Under the pieces are notes generated by a model that was given only the letters and a program-made list of their open reading frames with translations, had not been told where the DNA came from and ran no database searches. DNA of 64,000 nt from Eledone cirrhosa (Eukaryota). The translations under genes were made by a program, and so were the position numbers. The stretch's first letter is position 1; every line of letters starts with the position of its first letter. Below, one piece after another: positions 13,550 to 26,159 of this stretch. The stretch lies in contig OZ024742.1 of the NCBI GenBank assembly GCA_964016885.1, positions 84,754,001 through 84,818,000 on the forward strand, given 5' to 3'.

Positions 13550-14796
13550 CGCTGTAGACGAACACAAATAAACAAACAAACAAACAGGCAGAAAAAAACC
13601 CAAAAATGAATAAAGCATAAGTTTCATTGTAATGTAGTGTTCGAATGTCTGACTTAGTTTTCCCTTCCTTTCTCCGTCCGTCCGTTTGTTTCTCTCTTCA
13701 TTCTTATTTTCTTTACGTTTTTTTTGTTGTTGTTGTTGTTGCTGTGCTGCTTTGATTTTGATTTTTGTTTTTTCTTTTGAGTCTATCTATATATTTTGAT
13801 GCCTTCCTCTTTTTTAGTAGGAATTCCACAATGTCGTGGCGGTGCTGTGCTAGCAGCAACTAGCAGGAGGTAATGAGAGAGAATAGTGGCGGTAGCGATA
13901 CTGAGGTAGTGGTGGTGGTGATGTGGTCGTATTACTGTAGTGATGGTGTTGTAGTTGGGGTATAAATTTGAGTCGATTTGACCAGAGTTTTCATCGTGGT
14001 AGTGGTGGTGGTATTGATGGTGAAATAATAATCTGTAGTCGTTTAGTCATTTTGCCATTTTCGACATCAACATTCCTGATCCAAAATTAAATATTAATCT
14101 TGTTTATCAATATTGTCTAGTGATATCGCCATCCTCCCCTTTCGTAAGTTAACAGAAGGTAGTTGGGGGATAGCGGTGGTAGCAATGAAGGAGTGGTGGC
14201 GGCGGTGATGGGATAGTGGTAGTAATGATGGATGGGCGGCGGCGGCGGTGATGGCGTTGTCGTTACTCATGTCCGTTCGGTGAATCTATGGGGTTAGTGG
14301 CGTACATGTGTTGACATAAATTCCCTTAATGTTGGAATTAAACATTTTGTTAAAACTTGGGACAATAATAATAGTAATTATTATTATCATTATTATGTTG
14401 AGATTGGTTGTGGTGGTGGTGAAATTGCCGTTATCTGGCTGTTGTGTTTAGTGTACACAGAGGGGTGATGGGGTAGGTGGTGTATCTAGTTTCTGGTGTT
14501 GGTGAAATTGCTGTTGTTTGGCTGTTCTATATAGTGTAGACAAGGAGGGGGGGGTTCTTCTTCTACCATTTATAGCCATTTTCTTTTTTGAATATACAAT
14601 GTACAATACAAAGTTGAATATTTGAGCCTTATAACAATATATTTTGGGTCCGAATTTTTTTGGGGCTCAAGCCGGATGCTTTACGTAACATTTGTACTAA
14701 GAATTGTTATTTCACAAATGATTTAAATATGTTCAAAATTCAAAACTTACGGGAGCGATTTCACGACCTTCTATCCACCACGTGCGTCTTCCTCCC

Positions 14797-14797
<1 letters not shown>
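13550..14797 (-). mobile_element. probable L1/Tx1-related 5' UTR/ORF1-like fragment or non-autonomous derivative
   Basis: The minus strand shares motifs (CTTGAGCCC-AAAA, Thr/Asn/Lys-rich low-complexity runs) with the 5' region of the Tx1 copy at 18355-20100; bounded by (TAT)n at 14798. Confidence 0.4.
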
Positions 14798-14860
<63 letters not shown>

Positions 14861-14869
14861 GTTGTTATT

Positions 14870-15261
14870 CCTTGAATCTCAGTCATTGATGTTGGTTAAC
14901 TGGAAAGTCCGTTGGATTGAATATCAAGCCACTACCTGCAGCCTCAGATATTCAGGACGTATCGGAGGGTTCTTGCTGTTCCAAGCAAGCATGCCTTTTG
15001 GATCGTTCCAAAAAGCGTGAAGGGGCCGATTTTCTTTAACCATCCCTGGAAACTTTTGGAGATAGTCCCCAGTGCGCCTATGACAATCGGGATCACTTTG
15101 ACTTCATGGCAGTTCCAAATCCTTTTCACCTCCCACTTTCAGATCCTGGTATCGGTTAATTTTCTCCCTCTCCTTCTCTTGCACTCTCGTGTCGAACGGG
15201 CAGGCCACATCCACAATCAGACACGATCCTCTTTCTTTGTCCACAACCACCAGATCAGGTC
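14870..15261 (-). mobile_element. R4/Dong-like family A copy 3, short 3'-terminal fragment (RLE end plus 3' UTR)
   Basis: RPDLVVVDKERGSCLIVDVACPFD ... VIPIVIGALG ... LRYVLNI; same 3' UTR as copies 1 and 2; (TAT)n on both sides. Confidence 0.92.
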
Positions 15262-15288
15262 TTATTATTATTATTATTATTATTATTA

Positions 15289-18200
15289 TTTGCATTTATC
15301 TTGCTTTATGTTTATACGAGTTAACACCAAGTCACAACCAGTGACCTCAAGAGACAACAAGGTCCGCCATGTTCAAGAAAGAACACACATATTCACACAT
15401 GCATCCTTAGTGTTTAGACTTGTGATGTACTTATATTGACAGGATCTTCCTTAGTATATGGGCAGTTCCCATTAGTACTATCTTTTGTATTTCTCCTATA
15501 CGCGGGTTTCCTGGGATTTGCGATAAGTAGTCGTTAGACCCCTTAGGTATCATTCCCAGAGCGCCTACAACCACTGGTATTGTTTTAGTTCTCAATTTCC
15601 ACATTTTTCCAATTTCTATCTCCAGGTCCTTATACTTGCTCAATTTTTCAAATGTTTTTATAAATACATTCTTGTCTATTGGAACAGACATATCAATTAG
15701 CAGGCATACCCTCCTTTGAAAGTCCTTCAATATTATATCAGGTCTATTTGCATCTATTTTTCGGTCTGTTTGGATGCTAAAGTTCCACAAGATTGAGATG
15801 TGATCTTTTTCAAGTATGGGAGGTGGTTGATGCTCCCACCAATTCTTTTGATGGGGCAGGTCAAAATGCTTACACATTATCCAATGTATGTATTGTGCAG
15901 CTCTGTCATGCCTGTTTAGGTATTCGGTTGGAGCTATAGGACTGCACATTGAAATTATATGGTCAATGGTCTCTGGTTGTTTTTTGCATACACGGCATAA
16001 TGGGCTGCACCCATTTTTTATTATGTTGGCTTGGTAATTTTTTGTTGGCAGACACTGATCTTGTGCGGATATAATCAGTCCTTCAGTCTCCGATTTCAGT
16101 CCAGAGGATGCCAACCACTGATGGGTTAAAGTTTTGTCAACATCAGGATTGTTAGCTCGCTCTGGGTATTTTCCATACAGAGGCTTTTCTTGCCATTTCT
16201 TAGCCAGTTTCTGTAGCAGTTCTTTCTTTGCAGTTACTTTTACCTGCTTTGCTTTTTCTGTGTTTTCCATTTCAGCAGTAAATGGGACTTCTGAAATTTG
16301 TAGTCCATTACTGTATCTTTTGTAATGGAATATGATCTTTTGGTGCTTTCGTGTTTCAAAACGAGTTTGATCATCCAATCATGTGATTCCCTTAGATATG
16401 TGGATAATCCAATTGTTGCAGTTTTCAACGCAATGTCTAACTGGATTAACCCACGTCCTCCTTCTTTCCTAGGGAGATATATTCTATCTATGTCTGCCTT
16501 AGGGTGATGCATTCTGTGCATGGTTAAGAATTTTCGGATTTTTGTATCGAGCCTACGGATCTCTGTGCTTGACCTGTTGATGACATTGTAACTGTAGGTT
16601 ACTACTGGTATGGCAAGCGTGTTTATGGCATCGATCCTATTCCTTGCATTCAATTCCGTTCTTAAGATTGCTCTGACTCTGCGGTAACATTCCTTCCTTA
16701 TCCTTTCCATCATTGTCGAGTGCTTGATTCCGTCTCCTTCACAAACACCTAGATATTTGTAAGTTTGTTCTTGATCAAGCTCTCTTATCACGTTCCCCCG
16801 ATCAAGATTAATGTCTGAACTCTTCAGCAGCTTTCCTCTGGTGAACGTTGCTTTGGCGCATTTATCCAGTCCAAACTCCATTTTAATGTCATCACTGAAC
16901 TGCTTCACAGTGGATAATAGCCCTTTCAATTGTTCATCATTTTTTGCGAATAGTTTCAGGTCATCCATGTAGAACAGGTGATTAATGGTTTTGTCATAGA
17001 CTCTATATCCATGTTTTGTTTCATTGAGCATTTTACTTAATGGTATAAGTGCGATGCAGAATAAAAGCGGTGATAAAGAGTCACCCTGAAAAATTCCACA
17101 ATTAATGTTAACTTCTCCAGCTTCCAGTGATTTTGTTTCACTATTCAAAAGGAGTGTCGTTCTCCATGTCCTCATACTGAATGACAAAAACCTCCTGACA
17201 ACGGGGGATATTTTGAAAATCTCTAAACATTTTTCAATCCAACTGTGTGGCAAACTATCAAATGCTTTTTTATAATCTATCCAAGCAATCGATAGATTTT
17301 TGTGTCTATTATGACAATCTTCCAGTATCATTTTGTTAACCAGAAGCTGATCCTTACAGCCATATGAGCCTCGTTTACACCCTTTCTGCTCAATGGGAAA
17401 TAGGTCATTTGTTATCAGGTGGTCATATGTGTATTCAGTTAGGACTGATGTTAAAATTTTATACATTGTGGTCAAGCAGGTTATCGGTCTGTAATTTTTG
17501 GGATTGTTTGTCTCATCATTCTTCGGTAGCAGGAATGTAATGCCGTTAACTAGCCATGATGGTATCTTTTCTGGCTCCTTAACTATTTCATTGTAAAGTT
17601 GGGCTAACAGCTCATGAGACTCTGTGAAGGCATTTATCCAAAAGTTTTGTATTTTGTCTTTTCCTGGGGATTTCCATTTGCTGGTTTTTCTTAGAGCCAA
17701 GCGCAGCTGTTCAACTGTTATATTTTCCCATGTTTGTTCTTCAAGGTGAGCTGTTTCTTTCATTTGTCTGTCTATCCATGGGGCATGTATGTTATGAACT
17801 TTTTCTTCGGCCCAGATCTTTTCCCAGAATTCTTGCACTTCCTCCTTGGGTGGTATTGATTTAGCAGTTATTGTTGACTTACCAATTTTTCTGTAGAAGT
17901 TTCTTTGGTTGTTTTTGAACATATTATTGTCCTTATAGAATCTAGATCGTTTTTCAAAGCGCCTTATACGAGCAGCTTTGGCCGACACTTTTTGCTTGAT
18001 TGTTTCTATCAGCATGTCTATGTCACATGTTGATCTTATACTGTACTTTTTTTTCAATTTTCTAAGTTTAGTTTGTTTAACATGTTCACCTACTTTATAG
18101 TTTGTTAAAATTTCTATGTCAGATCGGAGAAGGTTTATTTGGCGATTGATGTTATCTTGCCAAGTAGATTTCTTGTGGGAATTCCTTTGTTTTTTCATCT

Positions 18201-18290
18201 TCACTCCACATAAGTGAGTGGTGACTTTAGCCGATGCATAATAGAGATGATTTAAGTCAGTAATGTTTATTTTGTTTGTGATGATAATGT
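15289..18290 (-). mobile_element. R4/Dong-like retrotransposon, distinct family B, 5'-truncated, one frameshift near 16310
   Basis: ORFs 16240-18204 (RT: KSPGKD, YRPITCL, IDYKKAFDSLPH, GIFQGDSLSPLLF, FYMDDLKLF) and 15431-16378 (CRVCKKQPETIDHIISMC, RHD, NRPDIILKD, KLSKYKDL); flanked by (TAT)n. Confidence 0.93.
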
Positions 18291-18291
18291 G

Positions 18292-18335
<44 letters not shown>

Positions 18336-18354
18336 CATTATTATTATTATTGGC

Positions 18355-21300
18355 GACCTACTTAGGAAATCGTATTATCGTGAGCTCCGCAAAGATTTGT
18401 TGTTTTCAGTTGTTTCAAATTGTCATTTATGGAAAATTGTTGTTGTTAAGTGTTTATAAGGTCACATATATTGCTTTCGGAAAAGGACACTCAAAAAGAT
18501 TGGGGCCTTGAGCCCAAAATTTAAACTTTTATAATTATCAAACAAAAAATTTCTTTGTAAAAATCATGGCGCTTCACAGCTACACCAAGCAGCTGAGAGC
18601 CTTCCTCACAAACTAACACCTCACAAACTAACACCTCACACCAACACCACCATTGTAAATATTACTACGTTTGCCAACACTAAAAATATAAGCAGTAGCA
18701 ATAATTTAAATTTGTCTCATGCAGACATACATTTCCCGCTATTACCAAAGACTGCAGATGTTAAAACCGCAACCCCACCACCAACACAGCGACAACAGAA
18801 TCAAAATAAAAAAATAAATTATTATCTCGTGACATCGAAATGGATTCACCCAGAATCGACTCTTCAACACTGAACACCACTGATGCCACCACCACCACAA
18901 CTGAAACTAAAAATAACAATAACAAAAATAACAATAACAACAACAGCAATCAGAATAACAACAACAACATCAACACCACCGCAAATGTGTCATTTACCAA
19001 AGCAGCCAAGAAATGCGAAACAATCGAGGTACTCAGGAAGAATTAAACGAAAGATGGGTACAGGGTCAGCCTCACCCCCACCCCCACCTAATAAAATGGA
19101 GCATCGGCGCCTATACACCGTGTCTTAGCGGACCATTAACAGAATATCGCGCCATGTGGAACGGGCATCCGAGTCCCAAATACAAAATCTTAGGGACATG
19201 TGTGGGCAGAAAAAAACCCACATCAGACGTGGGCAGAAATATGGAACCATGGAGGTGTTCTTTGGAACACAACAGGAGGCCAGAGAGCACTCCATGGCCC
19301 CATTAAGAAGTGACGACTTCACACTCGTCCCAAGCTATTGTGGCCAGAGACTCGGGAAGATTAGGGTGATCCACGTTCCACCGGCCATGGAAATTCCCTG
19401 GTTAATGGCTGCCGTCCTCGCCGGCATCGAGGCCAACACCAAAATAATTGAAATATCAAAAGAAAAGCAGGAGAACTGGTCCGGATCTGGGATGGAGCTC
19501 CTGATCCAAGCGGACCACAAAGGTAATAGACCTCACTGACGGCAGCCACCTCACCGTACTCGTCGAGGGCAGAAGGCCTAGTTGTGTCGTTTGTGGTGAA
19601 GGAACACTCCTAAAGGCTTTCTGCCCTCAGGCTAAAATGTTGAGGCCACCTCTCTTACTCACCGCAGTGACTCAACCATCCACACCACCAGCAGCAGAAC
19701 TAGGCAGCAACAAATGTAGCAGCAACAACAGAAGCAACTGTAGCAGCAACAACCCCAGCAACAGTAGCAAAACCCACACCATCAAAACCCACCGCGCCAG
19801 AACTAGCTCCAGCTCCTCCACCATCCACTACGCCACAACCAAAACCAACGCCTGTGGAGGATTTTCCACTCCCCAAGCTAATGCAACTGGAGACAGATTG
19901 TGACGACGTGGAGTGGGAAAGTGTATCAGGAAAAAAGAATATAAGAAAAAGAAGCCAAAAAAGAAAAAAATCTTTTCCTTCCCCCTCCAAAAACAAAATA
20001 CAGAGGGAAACAAATAAACTATCAATCAAAAAAGTTAGGACAGCTTTGCCACCATCCACACCAGCATCACCAACCCCATCACCACAAACACCAAACCATC
20101 ACCACCATTAACCCCAACACCACCATCACAACACCACAGAAGTCACCAAAAAGCGAAACAGAAACAAACCCACACAAACGCAAACAAAACAAAACAACCA
20201 AAACGATACACACTACACAGCATTAAATTTGAACAAGCAATTATTACACTACATCCAACACAACACCAGCATCACAGAAAAAGACTACACAACACCCCAA
20301 AAGTTCACACCACCTCCACACATAGAAATCACTCGCATCACGCAGAAAACGTACACGACACTAAAACAATAATTTCCCCAGTCGTCCTGGATCGGGGCGA
20401 GGAGTTGCTGTGCTTTTTCGGAGAGGTTTGAATCTCGCCATAAGGGGCATCTTCCTGAACCCAGAAGGTAAGTTGGTGGTGCTGGAAGTCACCATCGGAG
20501 ACGGACAAGCTTTCAGGCTAGTGGCCGTCTATGCCCCAACAGGAGCAGGGCGGCCTGATTTCTTCCGACGTCTGGACCTTTCTTGGAATATCCCGCTCTT
20601 TAGTGTTAGTGGGCGACTGGAGCGGGATCTTAGATGCACGCTGGGACTGTGTGGGATTAGCGGATAGGGGAGGAGGGTGCAAGAGTCTCACCAACCTGTT
20701 CAGGCGTTTTGAACTGTCTGACAGGTACCGAATGGATTTCCCGAATGTGCCAATGTGGACTTGGACAAACCTTATCGGGTCATCCAGATCATATCTAGAT
20801 AGAGTATTTTGTAGGGAAATAGATAGGTCTAGCATAGGCTGTCCACAATTCAAGATAGTCAGCTACACGGACCACAAATTCGTGATCTGTATGCTTGACT
20901 TAGATAGGCTTCATAGACAAGGACCCGGCTACTGGAAGCTAAACGCGTCTTTACCAGCGCGCAAGGCCTACAGAGACCAGATTAGCGAACTAGCTAAGCT
21001 GCGTTGACGGGGGCCATCGTCAACAACAAGTGTTGGTGTGTTCTGAAAAGAGCGATTAGAATAGAGTCCATTAGGTTTAGTAATGCTTAGCTATAGAGAA
21101 AAATAGAGCAGAGGAAGAACTAGTTAGAAAATTACCGACGTACTTGCGGCGAAATTGGCCTTGACCAATTCTTCAATGCAAAGCACGAACGCTGCGTTGT
21201 CAGAGCTAGGGTGCGTGCTCTCAGAAACGAGGGGACGAAAGCCGTTCAATGGGCCCGAGTGGCGGAGGCGCGTCGTGGCAACACAGCCACGATCCAGTCT

Positions 21301-23663
21301 TTGGTGTACCACAACGGGTGCATGCTACTCGATCCCGGGCAAATGTGTGAAGCTTTTCAGCGACACTTCGCTCAGCTGTTCGGAGGAAGCGGCGGGCCGG
21401 ATCGAGGGATGGACTTTAGTGTCTATCTAAACGGACTGCCGCGACTCTCGGCCACTGAAGTACGGGAGGCAATGACTGGCTGCACAAGGGGTAATTCGCC
21501 TGATTTTGATGGTCTACCCTATGAACTTTACGTACAGATGCCAGACTTGTTCGGAGGCCTCTTGGCGGGAACAGAACGGGAGAGTTCCCATCTCTGTGAG
21601 CTGAGGAGCGGTGGCGCTGCTGAGAAATGATCCGAACAAGGGGGATAACAGATAATTTCAGGCCCATAACTCTGCTAAACACAGAGTTCAAGATGTTGGC
21701 CAAAGTGCTAGCAAAGACGTTGGCGCTTGTCGTTAGAGGTCTGGAGGGAGAGGCGCAGACATGCGCCATTCCCGAGAGATCCATGCACAACACCTCCACC
21801 TTATGCGATACATCGTGGAGAGGGTAGCTAGGGAATCTGGCACGAGTGGATCCTTGATCAATTTAGATCAGTCGAAAGCTTTCGATAGGGTCGACCATCG
21901 TTACCTAGCGGCAGTCCTGAGGGCGGTGGCTTTGGGCCCATCTTCAGAGGCTGTATCGCTACCAAGCACAGCGACATCTTCTCTGTGGTGAGAGTGAACG
22001 GACACATCATGCCCGGTCCGCCAAGTATGTCCCCTCTTGTCCCTCTTGTACGTATTGACTCTCGAGCCATTACTGCACAAACTGGAGACGTCGAGTTGGG
22101 TCCCGCGCGAACCAGGATGCAGAAGTAACGCGTCAGCATATGCGGACAATGTCACCGTAGTGGGTCGAACGCCAAACACATCGAGGCGATCGGCACTACA
22201 CTAAGAGAATACGAAGCGGTGACATGAGCAATGATCAAGCAGGAAAAGTCTGTGGCCTGAAGCTCGGCACCTGGAGAGGCAGGTCCATGCCGTCCAACAA
22301 CGTCGTCGCGCGCTGGACGGACGGACCGGTTAAATTGCTTGTGGTCTGGTTCGGTCCGGACGTCAAGACGGACAAAAATTGGGACGAGGTCACGAGCAGG
22401 GTGACTTCTATCACCCAGAAATGGGCGGAGAGGAAGCTATCACTGAAAGGTCGAACGGAGGTGGCTAACGCGTACATCGCGTCCGTCATCTACTACCACC
22501 TGACCGCCGTAACTTGTCCTAAGCCTCGCCTGACTGCGCTGGAGCATACCATGGCTGATGATGCGCAGACACGCACTCAGGCTACGACATCTCCACCTCT
22601 TCCTCGACGGTGATCAGGTTGGGTCGCCTTTTGCTAGACGTGTCATTCCCCAGCTCGTCTCCTTGACTGAGCTGCAGTCCTGGGTCAAGCGAAGACCGAG
22701 AGGAAGCACTTGGAGACTGGAATGTCTTCAGGCGCTCACAGCCCTCAACCAATCGGGGAACGTGATCGGTGGAAACTCTACCTTGGCGTTCTATAGAGGA
22801 TTAGTGGAGGGGAAGATCGACGACGTACTTGGGGAAACTCTAGGCCCATACGAAAATCAACTAGCCAATCTCTTCGGAAGAGCTTTCGGGCCGGGGCCTA
22901 TGTTCAACTTCCAGAAATCCCTGGCCTGGCAGTGCTACCGAGGAGCTTTGCCAGTTCGGGATAAACTCTACAGGCATGGAGGTGCCGTCAGCCGGGCATG
23001 TCCGAGATGCGCGCAGGGTGACGAGACCGTCCTGCACGCACTCGTCCAGTGTCCGAGCATTGCTGACTTGTGGGTTTATGTCGAACACCTGCTGTCGCGT
23101 GTAGGACGGATCCAGCTATCAGCTGAGTCTATCGTGATGATTGCCCCGCCCTCTTCCTTTATCCGGGAAAGGCAGGCAGTTTTTATCTGTCTGGTGGCCA
23201 TGGTGAAAGAGATAGTATGGTGGACACGTTTGAAAGGGCTGAAGACGAGCACTTACCTCTTCGGTGATGCCCTGATTAACTTTTTCAAATTTCATTTGAA
23301 AAGAAAATCAGGGTAGAGAGGGAAGTGCTCTCTTCCCAGCATTTTGTTGAAAGATGGGTGAGAGAGGCAAGTATGGCCCGAGTGAATGGGCCTACTCTGA
23401 GTATGTGTCTGTAAATTAAAGATGGAAAACTGGGAGAGGGCACTTGCCCTAGAGGTTAGGGTCACTGTGGCTTTTTAATAGGCTTTCTCCACGAATGTCT
23501 CTCGGAAGTCTCCCCCATATTGGGGAATTTTTCATTGTTATTTTTTGTTACATATTCTGTTTTTGTTTTGTACACGCAGAAATGCCCATTAAAACCGTCC
23601 TGTATTGTCCTGTACTATCCTTAATGTCTACTTTATGTAAACCGTTGTGGTTAATAAAGAAAG
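18355..23663 (+). mobile_element. L1/Tx1-clade LINE, full-span decayed copy 2 with a 19-bp target-site duplication
   Basis: ORF1 remnants with a degenerate zinc knuckle (CVVCGEGTLLKAFC, about 19583-19624); ORF2 remnants of APE, RT and CPRC..H..C; AATAAA-containing tail; CATTATTATTATTATTGGC at both 18336-18354 and 23664-23682. Confidence 0.92.
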
Positions 23664-23677
23664 CATTATTATTATTA

Positions 23678-23852
23678 TTGGCAGTATCGGTAGAGGGTTG
23701 AACATCATGCTTTCTAGCACAGTTACGTCCATTTACAGTCTGAGTTCAAATCCCGCTGAGGTTAACTTTGCTTTTCATCCTTACGGGGTCGATAAAATAA
23801 AATACCAGTAATGTACTGGGTAATTGCTGACCTTGTGCCTAAAATAGAAACA

Positions 23853-23875
<23 letters not shown>
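23678..23875 (+). mobile_element. tRNA-derived SINE
   Basis: Box A-like TGGCAGTATCGG, box B GAGTTCAAATCC, conserved core TTTCATCCTTACGGGGTCGATAAAATAAA, (ATT)n tail; many copies in the window. Confidence 0.88.
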
Positions 23876-23891
<16 letters not shown>

Positions 23892-24489
23892 TATACATTT
23901 ATATGTTCATTTTGTTCCTCTTCAAGTATATATATATATATATATATATACACATAAAAAGAAGGAAGTGTGAAAATATAGAAGGATAAATCTGAGTTAC
24001 AAACAATGCAAATGTGTGGGATGTGAATCGTTTGCTAGCAATCTTTTTTACCTGATCTGTGCTAATAAGACAACACCAATAAACATACATTGCAACATAA
24101 ACTACAAGCGGACTAAGAAATGGTACACATTTAAGCCCTCGCATAAATATATAGACACACACAAACACACACACACTCACGCACACGTACATACAAACAC
24201 GCACACACACACACGCACCCCCCCCCCCCCCCCACACACACACAAACAGGTACATATGTAAAAATGAAATGAATTACATCAATATTAGAATACAAAAAAA
24301 TATACACATGATAGACGCACATACACAGACGCTGATACACACATATATATACACGCACTTTGTATATATACACATATATACAAAGCGACATTTTCCGCGG
24401 TGACATACAGATAAACACCAGTGAAAATTGCAGTTATATTCGATATGTATCTCTGAACTTGTAACTCCTTATTGAGGCGTAGGGTTGTC

Positions 24490-25800
24490 GTAGTGGCATA
24501 CAACGTTTCCTGGGCGTTTTTGTCTGAGCAGAACACATCTTTCCTCCAAATAGGATCTCCAATGAGCGGAAGCCAGACCCTCCTACCAAACTGGTAGTAA
24601 TCACACGACGTATACTTACTCTAGAAGCATATCTCACATATGTACTAATAATAAAGTAAACAGTGGAATACGAAACGACGACCTATAGGACGAAGTAAAC
24701 GCTTTCAAAAATAATAATTCAACCAAAACACTGACAGCACTTCAAAATGACTGGACGATAGAAATTACTCAGTAACATGAATTACAACTACAACACAACA
24801 TGCCGATAAAGCAGAACCGAGTAATCCTACAACACCAGACGAAACAATACACCAACGACATAACCCATAGCATTAACCTGGGAAACCATACTATTAGCCT
24901 AAAGAAAAACAACCACGGAAGACGGAACGATAGTAGTCACGACCGACCACACTTTGGGCAAAATCACAGAACTGAGCCTGCTAAAACTAGTAGAAATAGT
25001 CCACAATAACCACATCCAATGTCCCTTGACCCCTAGTCGAGCAGGGGCGAGGTACAGCGCGACATATCCGAGATGAGTTGCGACCAATATCCTCAGAATC
25101 GTTTTTAGAGCCCTGGACAAATATTTTTCCCTACCTCCTCACATCACAAATTATTAAACATGCACACAGGAAAATTCTCCTGTTCTACTTCATCTAACCT
25201 AGCCGATTGCAAAACGTACACAAATAGGACCAAATTGGAAGCGTATAACGAAACACAAGAACCATCCTATAGCACTACACAAAATCACACATCACAAACC
25301 ACGCCCAAGGAAAACTCCAACAGGCCAATACCGATCAAGACGGGCCGATCACGACGGGTCGACCACCACCAACAAATAGCAATCCAGATAAAGAAAATAT
25401 GTAACTGCATACGCAGAGCTAAGTGCTTCCTGGTAAACGAATCTTTCTAGAATCATCTTATACCAGTGCAATGTGGTGACGAATACTGAAAAATACTCGT
25501 ATATTATAATATAAAATATAAAAATACTCGAACCACAATAATGTTTAAGGATCGGCTACACCACCATTTAAACTCCTTTAATAAGAGAAAAAATTGTTCA
25601 CTCACAAATAACATCACAATGTATCGCATTAAGGGGTCTGTACGTAGGTGCATGGCTCGCCACATGGTCGGAAAACCCACTGCAGTCTGTGTCTGATCAA
25701 ATCTGCTAGGATCATTAAATGGAAATTGAACGTTATTAACACGAAATACGAGACGATCGTAAACTACACACACTTTAAAAGACATACCATTTTGCTTTGA
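24490..25800 (+). mobile_element. Penelope-like element remnant (RT thumb, linker, GIY-YIG endonuclease), heavily decayed
   Basis: Read across frameshifts: FLGVFV, VATNILRIVFRALDKYF, HKLLNMHTGKFSCS, CNCIRRAKC, IYQCNVVT, FKDRLHHHLNSF, resembling the PLE consensus TNIG..FL...DKHFP / HKIFNR..K.SYSC / CNCR / FK.R..NH..SF. Confidence 0.7.
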
Positions 25801-26001
25801 CATTCAACACAAAACACAAGCTCCCAAGGGAGAGTAACAGTCAGAGGTTCGTGACATAAATTTCATCGTGAACAATCAACATACATGTATACCTGTATAA
25901 GGTAGGAGAATCTATATTCCATCAAACATGACCATCCTCAAATATAAGAATATAGGTTTCAACACACGATTTCACATCATGAATCTTGGAGAGCAAATAC
26001 A

Positions 26002-26003
<2 letters not shown>

Positions 26004-26074
<71 letters not shown>
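26004..26074. repeat. (CA)n microsatellite
   Basis: Direct reading of the sequence. Confidence 0.97.
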
Positions 26075-26077
<3 letters not shown>

Positions 26078-26159
26078 TGTGTGTATGTGTGTGTATGCCT
26101 AGAGGAATATATGTGTGTGTTCCTATGTGTCCATACATGTGTGTATATAGGTAGATGTG

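Noticed and set aside
23678-23770. tRNA gene-like box A and box B
   Set aside because: No full cloverleaf; it continues into the SINE core and is repeated many times, so it is a SINE head.
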